Shown here piece by piece: positions 8,268-17,275 of a stretch of 64,000 nt of DNA. The stretch spans positions 472-64,471 of the forward strand of contig JACUUN010000002.1 in the NCBI GenBank assembly GCA_014859265.1, in the 5' to 3' direction. A program made the position numbers and the translations under genes. The DNA is from Coriobacteriia bacterium (GTDB lineage: Bacteria > Actinomycetota > Coriobacteriia > Anaerosomatales > SLCP01). The notes under the pieces are model-generated. The model saw only the letters and a list, made by a program, of their open reading frames with translations. It was not told the origin of the DNA and made no database searches. Each line of letters opens with the position of its first letter. The first letter of the stretch is position 1.

Positions 8268-10484
8268 GTGCCGGGTCAGCGGACGGCGGTCGTGAACGGG
8301 TCGGGCTCTGAGACGGCGGGCGCAGGTGGTGCCCGGGCTGTTACACACGCAGTGTGGTGGGTTCTACCGGCGCTCGCGGTGAGCTTCGGCGTCTTGCGCG
8401 CAGCGGGACCGGACGCTCCGGGCACGTTCGTTGCGAGCCAGATCGTGTTCCTCGTTGCGGCCTGGCTGAGCCTTGTCGGGTCACTCATGGCATGGCGCTC
8501 AGCCGAGAACAGCTTCGAGCGCCGCCCCTGGGCCACGTTTGCCCTTGCTTGTTGTGCGATTGCAGCGGGGGAGACGTACTTCAGCCTCTACCAGGTCTTC
8601 GTCGACCCCCGAGGTCCTCTGGGATTCTCACCTTCCGACGTCCTCTACGGCATCGGCGCGGTCGCGTTCGCGGTAGGCCTTGTCTTTGTCACCTCGGCGC
8701 CTGGAGTGCCGCGTGTCGTCATGGCACGGCGGGTTGCCGACACTGCGGGGCTGGCGGTGGTCGTGTTCGCGGCTGTGTACTCGCTCATCCACGCGGCGGG
8801 ACGCGGGCTCCCAAGCGCGCTTGTCGACGACGTCCTGGAGACTGCATATGTAGTGGTTGGTATCGTGATTGTCACGGTGGTTGCCCTTCACGCCGTGACG
8901 TCACGAAACCGTCGCTTGGACGTCTGGGAGCGGGCGCTCGGGGTCGCAATGGGTGTCTTCGGAGCGGCTGTTATGTTGTCGCGGCTCTGGTATCTGTTCG
9001 TCAGATCGGAAGATTCCCAAGTCGCAGTGGTCACGATCGGTGTGGCGTTCCTGTGCAGCTACTATCTGGTCTTTGTGGCCGGGGTGTACCGGTCCAGATT
9101 GTCTGCCACTTCCGCAACAGGCGGCTGGTCAGCGGCCGAGAGGGTTCTTGCGGGACCTCGCTGGGACGCCGTCGCCACGTCAACGATTCTTCTCGTGGCC
9201 ATACCCGTCCTCGGCGTGACTGCGTTTCGCGCGCGGATTGACACAGATCACACCGCAGTGAACTTCGCTGCCATGGCCCTTGTGGGGATAGCCATGGTCA
9301 CTCGCACCGCTCTTGATGCGGTCTACACCGGGGGCCTGCGCAGGCGGGCCGGGGCCGATCCGCTGACCGGGCTACCCGATGCACGCATCCTGCACACCCG
9401 ACTTGTCGAGGCGATCACCGGTTTCGAGAGATACGGCGACCCCGTCTCGGTCATCGTGCTGGACCTCAATGACTTCGGCCGGATCAACACGCTGTACGGC
9501 AGGGATGAGGGCGATCGCCTGGTGCGCGAGGTGGCCCGCTCAATCTCGTCGGCTTCCGGGCCCCGCGTGACGGTAGGGCGCCTCGGGAGCGATGAATTCG
9601 CAGCCGTCATCGAAGGGGCTGACCGTGTCCAGGCCTTACTGAGGGCTGACCGGATGCGATGGGCCGTCCACGGGATACTCACGAGCGCCGGTCTGCCGCT
9701 CACGGCTTCATGGGGTGTCGCCTCGTGTCCGCAGGATTCGGTTCTACCGCGAGGTCTTCTGATGAAGGCGTACTCGGCCCAGCACTGGGCAAAGACCCGC
9801 GGCAGGAATCGGCTGGTCTCATACGATCCGCACCGGATGGCACTCCTCGACCACGTCGCCCGTCTTGTGGCCGCCCAGGAGCACGCGGAACTCAGCATGC
9901 TGCTTGCGATCGTGATGGGATCGGAGGCGCGGCACGAGACCACACGGTTCCACTCGCGAAATGTCGCAGCGATGTCGGTGCTCGTGGCGGAGCGGATCGG
10001 TGTGACCCCAGGCGAGGTGCACGACATCGAAATCGCCGCTCTCCTGCACGACATCGGGAAGACCGGCGTATCCGATGAGGTGCTGATGAAGCAGGGACCG
10101 CGCTCGCGTACCGAAGAGGCGCTCTTCCGCGACCACGTGGTGATCGGAGAGCGCATTGTCGCCGCAACGCAGCTCAGGAGGGTCGCGCCGGCCGTCCGTG
10201 CGCATCACGAACGGTGGGACGGAAGCGGCTATCCGGACGGGCTGTCTGCGACCAGCATCCCACGAATCGCCCGTGTGATAGCGGTGTGCGACGCATTCGA
10301 GGGCCTGACATCGGGTCGGCCTGATCGCCGGTCGCTCTCTCGCGGAGCCGCACTCCAGGAACTCGACCAGAACATGTGTGCAGCGTACGACCCCGAAGTG
10401 GTGGAGGCGCTGATCACGGTTGAAGCGGACCTGCCGACTCCGGGTTGGGACGACGAGGGGAGTGACGCCGGATGGGCAGAGTAA
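8268..10484 (+). CDS. polytopic membrane sensor with degenerate GGDEF domain and HD-GYP phosphodiesterase domain
   Basis: ~330-aa N-terminus with many hydrophobic helices. GGDEF-type domain (DLNDFGRINTLYGRDEGDRLV; active-site position reads GSDEF, nt 9585-9599). HD-GYP domain (LLHDIGK, HHERWDGSGYPDGL). Confidence 0.85.
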   Translation: MPGQRTAVVNGSGSETAGAGGARAVTHAVWWVLPALAVSFGVLRAAGPDAPGTFVASQIVFLVAAWLSLVGSLMAWRSAENSFERRPWATFALACCAIAAGETYFSLYQVFVDPRGPLGFSPSDVLYGIGAVAFAVGLVFVTSAPGVPRVVMARRVADTAGLAVVVFAAVYSLIHAAGRGLPSALVDDVLETAYVVVGIVIVTVVALHAVTSRNRRLDVWERALGVAMGVFGAAVMLSRLWYLFVRSEDSQVAVVTIGVAFLCSYYLVFVAGVYRSRLSATSATGGWSAAERVLAGPRWDAVATSTILLVAIPVLGVTAFRARIDTDHTAVNFAAMALVGIAMVTRTALDAVYTGGLRRRAGADPLTGLPDARILHTRLVEAITGFERYGDPVSVIVLDLNDFGRINTLYGRDEGDRLVREVARSISSASGPRVTVGRLGSDEFAAVIEGADRVQALLRADRMRWAVHGILTSAGLPLTASWGVASCPQDSVLPRGLLMKAYSAQHWAKTRGRNRLVSYDPHRMALLDHVARLVAAQEHAELSMLLAIVMGSEARHETTRFHSRNVAAMSVLVAERIGVTPGEVHDIEIAALLHDIGKTGVSDEVLMKQGPRSRTEEALFRDHVVIGERIVAATQLRRVAPAVRAHHERWDGSGYPDGLSATSIPRIARVIAVCDAFEGLTSGRPDRRSLSRGAALQELDQNMCAAYDPEVVEALITVEADLPTPGWDDEGSDAGWAE

Positions 10485-12646
10485 GCCCCGCTGTCCAGGC
10501 CCGCCTCCTTGCGTGGAGTGGCCTGGGCGTGCTCGCCCTTCTGCGTCTCTTGGTGAGTCTGTCTGACCTTGCCGCCCCGGCCACTCATGCGGCAACCTGG
10601 GGTCTGTCGCTTGTCCCAGTGCCGATGGCGGCAGTGGCGTCCTTCGTGGCCTTTAGAAACGTCAAGGGCGATGAGCGTCGTTTCTGGCTGTTGCTCACGA
10701 TCGCGACATCGCTCCTGGTTTTCAGTGAGTCGTACTGGGCGTATATGGTGGTGTTCGTCGACCCGTTCGGCCCGCCTTTGCCGCACCCGTTCGAACTGCT
10801 GCAAGCGGGAGCCGCCCTCGCGTTCCTCGCCATGGTCGTGTCGCTCACGCGGTTCGGCTCCGAGCCCCTGACCGTGCGGATCCGCTTCTACGCGGACGTC
10901 GCTCTGTCTATGGTGGTCGGATTCGTCGCGGCATACCGGTGGTTGGTACTTCCGCTGTTCGCGGGCATCCCCCGACACTCTACGGGACTGTTGCTCGTGG
11001 GTTCGGCGTACCCGGTCCTCGGCGTTGCGATCCTTGTTGGCACTTTCGGTGTGCTGGTCGGCTTCAAAGCCGATCGCTGGCGCTCATGGGAGTGGCTTAT
11101 CACGACATCGCTGACGGTGTACACGGCAGGCATTCTCCAGTGGCCCTGGTGGTACGCTGATTTCCAGCAGTCCTCTGAGGGCGGGGCAGCGGACTCTCTG
11201 ATGGACTACTTCTTCATAGCCGGTTTCTATCTCCTTTTCGTCGCTGCCGTCTATCGCCTGACCGAGCGAGACGTCCGTCCGGTCCCGCGAGGGGTCACTG
11301 CACCCCTCGGTCGATGGCCCTGGGTGGGGCCGCTCTATCTCGGTGGGATGGTCCTGTGCATTCCGCTATTGGCGTTGGCAGCGGCGACTGCGAATGCGCC
11401 TGCGGATGCCGGAGTTTATCTGTGGTCGGCCGTGGTGCTGGTTTCACTCCTCGGGGTTCGGAGCTGGCTTGCCACGCTCGAAGGCACGTACCTGTTCGAC
11501 GTCTCGGTCACCGATCCGGTGACCGGGCTGGCCAATCGGCGGGCATTTGACGCGCTCCTGCCTGCAGCGGTGTTGGCGCGGGGAGGCGAGCCGGTCTCTA
11601 CAATCGCCTTCGACGTCGATGGCTTTCGCAGGCTGAACGAGCTCGGTGGTCATGCGGAGGGCGATCGCGTCTTGGGTGACGTGGCGGCGACACTCGAGCG
11701 GGTTCTAGGCTCCCATGGCAAGCTCTTCCGCCTCGGCGGGGACGATCTTGTGGCCCTGCTGCTCGGTTCAGACGCGGCAGGCGCTGCGGACCTCGCTACT
11801 GAGTGTGGACGCGAGGTCGAGCGACACGTGCGTTCCGGCGGGATGGCCGTTTCGGTCTCGGCAGGCGTCGCCTCCGTGCCTGCGCACGCAAGCGAGGGCG
11901 AGGACCTTGTGCGAAAGGCGATGTCCGCCCAGGAATGGGCCCGGTCAGCCGGTGGCGCGCGCACGCGCATTTTCGACGAGGCCCAAGGGCACCTTCTCGA
12001 CCCCGCCGAGCGGCTCGAGCGGATAAGGCGCGGCGAGCACCTCGCGATGGTGCGGGCGCTCGCCTCGGCCGTCGATGCGCGGGATCCCTACGCTCCCGAG
12101 CACTCACGAATCGTGGCCCGGGCCGCCGCCGCCCTTGCGGGTGAGGTTGGGATGTCGGAGGAGCGGATTGCACTGATCGAGACAGCCGCACTTCTTCACG
12201 ACATCGGCAAGCTTGCCGTCGCCGACCGCATTCTCGCGACACCCAACCCGCTCACACAGGCCGAACGCGACCAGGTCGAGGAGCATCCCGTATTCGCTGA
12301 GCGCATCCTGCGTTCGGCGGGTATCGACGAAATCTTGTCCTGGATCCGCCATCACCATGAGCGATGGGACGGAGCGGGTTACCCCGATGGCCTGAAGGCC
12401 GAGCAGATACCCTTCGAAGCCCGCATCATCGCTATTTCGGACGCGTACGAGGTCATGACGTCAGGCAGGCCGTATCAGCCGCGTCTCGGTCATCGGGCTG
12501 CCCTGCGCCACATCGAGATCGAGGGAGGCTCGCACTTCGACCCCACGCTAGCCGCGGCATTCATCCGAATCATGTGGAACGCGGTTCCGCTCCACTCCGC
12601 CGACTCTGCTGGTGCACCTCCGTCATGTGCTCCCTCAACCGAGTGA
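10472..12646 (+). CDS. paralogous polytopic membrane sensor with degenerate GGDEF domain and HD-GYP domain
   Basis: ATG 10472 overlaps the upstream stop by 13 nt. GGDEF-type domain (GLANRRAF, GGHAEGDRVL; active-site position reads GGDDL, nt 11735-11749). HD-GYP domain (LLHDIGK, HHERWDGAGYPDGL). Confidence 0.85.
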   Translation: MGRVSPAVQARLLAWSGLGVLALLRLLVSLSDLAAPATHAATWGLSLVPVPMAAVASFVAFRNVKGDERRFWLLLTIATSLLVFSESYWAYMVVFVDPFGPPLPHPFELLQAGAALAFLAMVVSLTRFGSEPLTVRIRFYADVALSMVVGFVAAYRWLVLPLFAGIPRHSTGLLLVGSAYPVLGVAILVGTFGVLVGFKADRWRSWEWLITTSLTVYTAGILQWPWWYADFQQSSEGGAADSLMDYFFIAGFYLLFVAAVYRLTERDVRPVPRGVTAPLGRWPWVGPLYLGGMVLCIPLLALAAATANAPADAGVYLWSAVVLVSLLGVRSWLATLEGTYLFDVSVTDPVTGLANRRAFDALLPAAVLARGGEPVSTIAFDVDGFRRLNELGGHAEGDRVLGDVAATLERVLGSHGKLFRLGGDDLVALLLGSDAAGAADLATECGREVERHVRSGGMAVSVSAGVASVPAHASEGEDLVRKAMSAQEWARSAGGARTRIFDEAQGHLLDPAERLERIRRGEHLAMVRALASAVDARDPYAPEHSRIVARAAAALAGEVGMSEERIALIETAALLHDIGKLAVADRILATPNPLTQAERDQVEEHPVFAERILRSAGIDEILSWIRHHHERWDGAGYPDGLKAEQIPFEARIIAISDAYEVMTSGRPYQPRLGHRAALRHIEIEGGSHFDPTLAAAFIRIMWNAVPLHSADSAGAPPSCAPSTE

Positions 12647-13519
12647 GGCCATAAGATCCGATATGTCACGGGCCTTCTCAGCCCTACGGTGGCCGGGTTC
12701 CTGTGCACCCGTCGCGTCCTCGTTGTACGTTGGGACCTCATCGTCGCGGTAGAAGATCCCAATCGGCACACGGCATTCCTCCGGTGTGCAGGTCATCTCG
12801 TGGAACGTCGTGAGCGACAGTTCGAACGCCGCCGAGCGGTCCGAGGGGTCGTGTCCTTCGTCTTCCAGCTTGTAGACGCGCTCCCGGAACCACGAGAAGG
12901 TGTTCAGCTTGTTCCAGGTCACGCAGGGCTGGAAGACGTCGACGAGCGCAAAACCCTTGTGCTGGATGGCCGCCTTGTACAACTCGGTGAGGTGGGGGAT
13001 ATCGCCGGCGAAGCCGCGGGCGACGAACGTGGCTCCCTGCGCGAGCGCCAGGCCGACCGGGTTCACCGGTTCCTCGAGGACGCCCCCCGGTGTGGAGACG
13101 GTACGCATGAGGTGCTCGGTAGTAGGGGAGGCCTGGCCGGTCGTAAGTCCGTAGATCTGGTTGTTGTGCGCGATGCACGTCATGTCGACGTTGCGCCGGA
13201 CCGAGTGCACGAAGTGTCCCATCCCGAGCCCGTAGCCGTCGCCATCACCCATCTCGATGATGACCTTGAGGTCGGGGCGGGTGAGAGAGAGCGCAGTGGC
13301 GACCGGGAGTGCTCTTCCGTGCAGGGCATGGAATCCCTGCGTGCGCAAGAAATCGGCCCCGTTACCGTGACAGCCGATCCCCCAGACCATCGAGTACTCG
13401 TGGAAGTCGAGCTCGAGCTGGGACAGCGCCCGTTTGAGCGCCTCCCACATGCCGAAGTTGCCGCAGCCGGGGCACCAGGTGGGCTTGTTGGGGGTGGTGT
13501 ACTCCTTGACCTCGGGCAT
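12635..13519 (-). CDS. 2-oxoacid:ferredoxin oxidoreductase beta (TPP-binding) subunit
   Basis: MPEVKEYTTPNKPTWCPGCGNFG, WGIGCHGNG, MGDGDGYG. Substrate specificity cannot be read from the sequence. Confidence 0.85.
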   Translation of the reverse strand: MPEVKEYTTPNKPTWCPGCGNFGMWEALKRALSQLELDFHEYSMVWGIGCHGNGADFLRTQGFHALHGRALPVATALSLTRPDLKVIIEMGDGDGYGLGMGHFVHSVRRNVDMTCIAHNNQIYGLTTGQASPTTEHLMRTVSTPGGVLEEPVNPVGLALAQGATFVARGFAGDIPHLTELYKAAIQHKGFALVDVFQPCVTWNKLNTFSWFRERVYKLEDEGHDPSDRSAAFELSLTTFHEMTCTPEECRVPIGIFYRDDEVPTYNEDATGAQEPGHRRAEKARDISDLMASLG

Positions 13520-15273
13520 CAGCCGAGCACCTCCTTAATGAATCCGCAGACCTGCTCGGGCGAGAACGGCCGTCCGTCATAACGGTGCAGTGTGTGGTCG
13601 ACGTCCATGAGGCACTCCTGGCGCACCAGTCCCTGGAGCTGTCCGGTGAAGTTGCCCTCGATGATGGCCGTGCGTTTCGCCTTGCCGAGGAACTCGGACA
13701 CCTCCTCGGCGGGGAACGGCCAGAGCGTCACGACTTGCATGAGGTTCACCAAGATACCCTCACGGTCGAGCCACTTCATCGCCTCGCGCACCGGCATCTT
13801 AGTCGAGCCGAAGGCGAGAATCGAGAGGTCTGTCGCATCCGGCCCATAGTACGCCGGTGACGGGGTAATCATGCGCGCGAGATCCATCTTGCGCATGCGC
13901 TTCTCGTTCTGGGCGATGCGGACTTCTGCTATCTCGCCTTGGGCGCCGTAGCCGTGCTCGTCGTGCTCGTAGGAGTTGACGATCTGCTCGGCACCCCTCA
14001 CGCCGGGAATTGCCCTGGGAGAAACCCCGGAGTTGGTGACCCGGTGGCGAGCGTAGTCCTCGACCTCGCCCTCGGTGATTATCTCGCCCCGGTCGATCTC
14101 AACATGCGACGTGTCGAACGGCGGAATCGACTGGCGGTTGTCCGAAAGGTACGTGTCGCCGAGGATGATGACCGGCGTCTGCAGTACGTCAGCGATGTTG
14201 AACGCCTGCCACGTCAGGTTGAAGGCGTCCTCACGGTCACCGGGCGCCAGCACCACGCGGGGGAACTCACCCTGCGCCGCGTGGATTGCGAACCGCAAGT
14301 CGCTCTGCTCGGTCCAGGTCGGCATGCCGGTCGCAGGGCCCGGGCGCGTGAAGAGCCCCACGACCACAGCGGACTCGCTTACGCCCGCCAGTCCGAACGC
14401 CTCGACCATGAGCGCGAAGCCACCACCCGAGGTGGCGCACATCGAGCGGGTTCCGCCAAAAGCGCCGCCTACGACCATGTTCATCGCGGCAAGTTCGTCT
14501 TCCGTGTGCTTGACGGCGAGATCGTACTTCTCGGCGTTCTTCGCGAAGAAGTGCAGCAGGCTTGAGGCCGGCGTCATCGGGTAGGCGCAGTACAGGCCGA
14601 TGCCTGCTGCGAGTGCGGCCGCGCCGACAGCCTCGTTGCCGTCGACGAGGATTCGCTCCTCGTCGCTTTCACGTGGCGCCAGCTCGTACGGAAACGGACA
14701 CTCGTGGTCCCGTGCGTACTCGTAGCCTGCGGTCGCACACGCCACGTTCTGCTCGGCGATCTCGGGAGCTTTGTGTGCGAACTGCTGCTCGATCGAGCTG
14801 GTGAGGTACTCGAGCGGGAAGGCGATGTGTCCGAGGACCGCACCCAGGGCAGCTGTGTTGCGCATGATTGAGATGCCGCCCGCCGCGTAGACGATCTCCT
14901 TGAGCGGAACGGGGATGGCGCACACGGTATCGGGCACGTCTTCGAGCTCACCGATGTCAAGATCGCCGGGGTCGAAGATGATGGCGGCTCCTTCGGTGAG
15001 CTCGTCGAGGTGCAGCGTGACCGTGTCCCGGTCGAGCGCTACGAGGACGTCGACCGGCTCCACGTGGCTGAAGATCTCCTCCGAGGAGATACGGAGGTGG
15101 TAGTTGTTGTGCCCGCCCTTGATGAGCGAGGGATACTCGGTGAGGTCGAAGGTCTCGTAGCCCGCCCGGGTGAAGAGTCTGGCCAGTGTCTGCCCTGCGG
15201 CTTTGATGCCGAAACCGGCTGGCCCGCCGATCTTGATGCGTACCTCGACCGCGTCGGGGTCGCGCTGTGCCAT
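13519..15273 (-). CDS. 2-oxoacid:ferredoxin oxidoreductase alpha subunit (gamma-like domain fused N-terminally)
   Basis: Start trimmed to ATG 15273 (MAQRD) with AAGGAGGA 7 nt upstream. IGGPAGFGIKAAGQ gamma-type N-terminus. Shares the 13519 boundary with the beta subunit. Confidence 0.85.
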   Translation of the reverse strand: MAQRDPDAVEVRIKIGGPAGFGIKAAGQTLARLFTRAGYETFDLTEYPSLIKGGHNNYHLRISSEEIFSHVEPVDVLVALDRDTVTLHLDELTEGAAIIFDPGDLDIGELEDVPDTVCAIPVPLKEIVYAAGGISIMRNTAALGAVLGHIAFPLEYLTSSIEQQFAHKAPEIAEQNVACATAGYEYARDHECPFPYELAPRESDEERILVDGNEAVGAAALAAGIGLYCAYPMTPASSLLHFFAKNAEKYDLAVKHTEDELAAMNMVVGGAFGGTRSMCATSGGGFALMVEAFGLAGVSESAVVVGLFTRPGPATGMPTWTEQSDLRFAIHAAQGEFPRVVLAPGDREDAFNLTWQAFNIADVLQTPVIILGDTYLSDNRQSIPPFDTSHVEIDRGEIITEGEVEDYARHRVTNSGVSPRAIPGVRGAEQIVNSYEHDEHGYGAQGEIAEVRIAQNEKRMRKMDLARMITPSPAYYGPDATDLSILAFGSTKMPVREAMKWLDREGILVNLMQVVTLWPFPAEEVSEFLGKAKRTAIIEGNFTGQLQGLVRQECLMDVDHTLHRYDGRPFSPEQVCGFIKEVLG

Positions 15274-15424
15274 CGCGAAATCCTCCTTGGTGTCGTCCGG
15301 GTGCATCGGACATGCGGTACTTGCTAGGGTTCATTCCCGTTTGCAGCGCGGCGACCGCCCGTATCAGTGATCAGGGGGCGGAGCATGCGATAATCGGAGG
15401 TGTCTACGACCGGAAGGCACGAGC

Positions 15425-16636
15425 GTGGCCGCAGACCGTCAGAAGATCGTGGTACTGGGAGTGACCGGGTGCATCGCCGCCTACAAGGCGTGCGAGGTCA
15501 CTCGTTCGCTGCTGCGTTCGGGTGTGCGCGTCAAAGTCGTGATGACAGAGGCGGCGACGCGCTTCGTCGGGCCGCTGAGCTTCCGCACGCTTACAGGCGA
15601 GCCGGTGGTGACCTCGCTTTGGGATGACCCCACGGCGTCCCGGGTCTTCCACGTCTCGCTAGCCGAGGAGGCTGACGTCTTCGTCATCGCGCCCTGCACC
15701 GCCAACGTGCTTGCCAAGCTTGCTCACGGCGTCGCCGATGACATGCTCACCACTGTCGCCCTTGCGACCGAGGCTCCTCTCGTCCTCGCTCCGGCGATGA
15801 ACACGCACATGTGGTGGGACGAGGCTACTCAGGCCAATCTCGCCGCACTGCGGGAACGGGGTGCGATTATCGTCGAGCCGGATGCCGGCGAGCTGGTGTG
15901 CGGAGACGTAGGGAAGGGGCGTCTCGCCGGGCTCGAAGCCATCACGGCGGTCGTGCACGCGGAGCTCGAGCGGGTGCAGGATTTGGAGGGTGTGCGGCTT
16001 CTTGTGACCGCGGGTCCCACCTACGAGCCAATCGATCCGGTCCGCTTCATCGGGAATCGCTCCTCGGGCAGGACCGGCTACGCAATCGCCGAGGAGGCTG
16101 CGCGACGCGGGGCCGAGGTGACCCTTGTCTCCGGACCGACGGAGCTTCCCGACCCGTTCGGATGCACGGTCCTGCGGGTACAGACCGCCGAGGAGATGCA
16201 TGTCGCGGCCATGAAAGCGTATGGGGAAGCCGACGCTGTGGTGGCGACCGCTGCGGTCACGGACCTGCGACCTGCCGAGGTCAGCGAGCACAAGCTGAAG
16301 AAGTCTGATACGCCCGGCGCACTTGCCTTCGAGCGCACGCCGGATATCCTTGCCGAGATGGGAGCGCAGAAGGGGAAGCGCGTGCTCATCGGATTTGCGG
16401 CCGAATCGCAGGATCTCATCCCTGAAGCCCGAGGAAAGCTGGAGCGAAAGCATCTTGACCTCGTCGTAGCCAACGACATCACCGAACCCGGGCTGGGGTT
16501 CGGTTCCGTCCGCAACCGGGTCTCGCTCGTCACGAGTTCTGACGTCGAGGAGCTGCCCGTGATGCCCAAACGCGAACTCGCACGCGTGATCTGTGACCGG
16601 ACTGCCGCGCTCTTGCGTCAGAAGCGACGCCAGTGA
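15425..16636 (+). CDS. coaBC: bifunctional phosphopantothenoylcysteine decarboxylase/synthetase
   Basis: Flavoprotein half (VLGVTGCIAAYKA, PAMNTHMW) plus CoaB half (GPTYEPIDPVRFIGNRSSGRTG, AAVTD). GTG start. Confidence 0.9.
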   Translation: MAADRQKIVVLGVTGCIAAYKACEVTRSLLRSGVRVKVVMTEAATRFVGPLSFRTLTGEPVVTSLWDDPTASRVFHVSLAEEADVFVIAPCTANVLAKLAHGVADDMLTTVALATEAPLVLAPAMNTHMWWDEATQANLAALRERGAIIVEPDAGELVCGDVGKGRLAGLEAITAVVHAELERVQDLEGVRLLVTAGPTYEPIDPVRFIGNRSSGRTGYAIAEEAARRGAEVTLVSGPTELPDPFGCTVLRVQTAEEMHVAAMKAYGEADAVVATAAVTDLRPAEVSEHKLKKSDTPGALAFERTPDILAEMGAQKGKRVLIGFAAESQDLIPEARGKLERKHLDLVVANDITEPGLGFGSVRNRVSLVTSSDVEELPVMPKRELARVICDRTAALLRQKRRQ

Positions 16637-16661
16637 CCGACATCAACGAAAGGTATCACGC

Positions 16662-17015
16662 ATGACGCTTTCGGGTAACGCAAAACGGCTCTCCGCACAC
16701 ATTGGCGAGGCCGACCGCTACGACGACAGGCCCCTCTACGAGGCGCTGTTGGAGTCGGCACGGATGGCCGGGTGCGCGGGCGCCACGGTACTGCGCGGGA
16801 TGGCAGGCTTCGGGGCGACCAGTCGCGAGCACGCTAAGCACGGTATCCGGATGTCGGTCGACCTGCCGGTGGTGGTACAGGTCATCGACGAGCCTGACAA
16901 GATCACCGCGCTCGCCGAGGTGTATTCGGCGATGATCGGGGACGGGCTCATAACGGTCGAGGACGTAAGCGTGCTCCTCTATCGCGGTGGCATGACGGGC
17001 GGACCCGTCGGGTAA
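16662..17015 (+). CDS. DUF190 (PII-like) family protein
   Basis: Start trimmed to ATG 16662. GEADRYDDRPLYEALLESAR...GATVLRGMAGFG matches the DUF190 pattern as I recall it. Confidence 0.7.
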   Translation: MTLSGNAKRLSAHIGEADRYDDRPLYEALLESARMAGCAGATVLRGMAGFGATSREHAKHGIRMSVDLPVVVQVIDEPDKITALAEVYSAMIGDGLITVEDVSVLLYRGGMTGGPVG

Positions 17016-17062
17016 GCACCACTTGGGGCTGCACATTGATGCCACACATTGTTGCCGCGCAC

Positions 17063-17091
17063 TTGAACGCGCGTACTCCGAGCCGTAATAT
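17063..17091 (+). promoter_or_regulatory. sigma-70-like promoter for tRNA-Pro
   Basis: TTGAAC (17063-17068), a 17-nt spacer, then TAATAT (17086-17091), ~27 nt upstream of the tRNA 5' end. Confidence 0.4.
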
Positions 17092-17117
17092 GCTTCTTTG
17101 CCGTCTGAAGGCGGTGA

Positions 17118-17194
<77 letters not shown>

Positions 17195-17203
17195 GGAGTG
17201 TCT

Positions 17204-17242
17204 CAGGCGCCCTGCAGGGGAACGTACCCGGCAGGGCGCCTG
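17204..17242 (+). terminator. 12-bp perfect hairpin directly downstream of tRNA-Pro
   Basis: CAGGCGCCCTGC, a 15-nt loop, then GCAGGGCGCCTG, followed by TGTATTATG. Starts 10 nt after the tRNA CCA end. Confidence 0.5.
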
Positions 17243-17275
17243 TGTATTATGTGCCCGCGCGGGGATGGAGGGGCC

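Noticed and set aside
8354-9241. 295-aa + strand ORF overlapping the first HD-GYP sensor gene in another frame. Many similar long overlapping ORFs exist, e.g. 9323..10156 (-), 10229..10978 (-), 31644..32636 (+).
   Set aside because: The translations are Arg/Gly/Pro/Ala-rich low-complexity strings typical of off-frame reading in GC-rich DNA. Each overlaps a gene with clear family motifs, and none has a recognisable motif or RBS.
17195-17275. M-box (Mg2+) riboswitch upstream of corA.
   Set aside because: Only ~80 nt are available, occupied by a single simple hairpin. An M-box aptamer needs roughly twice that length and a multi-helix architecture.
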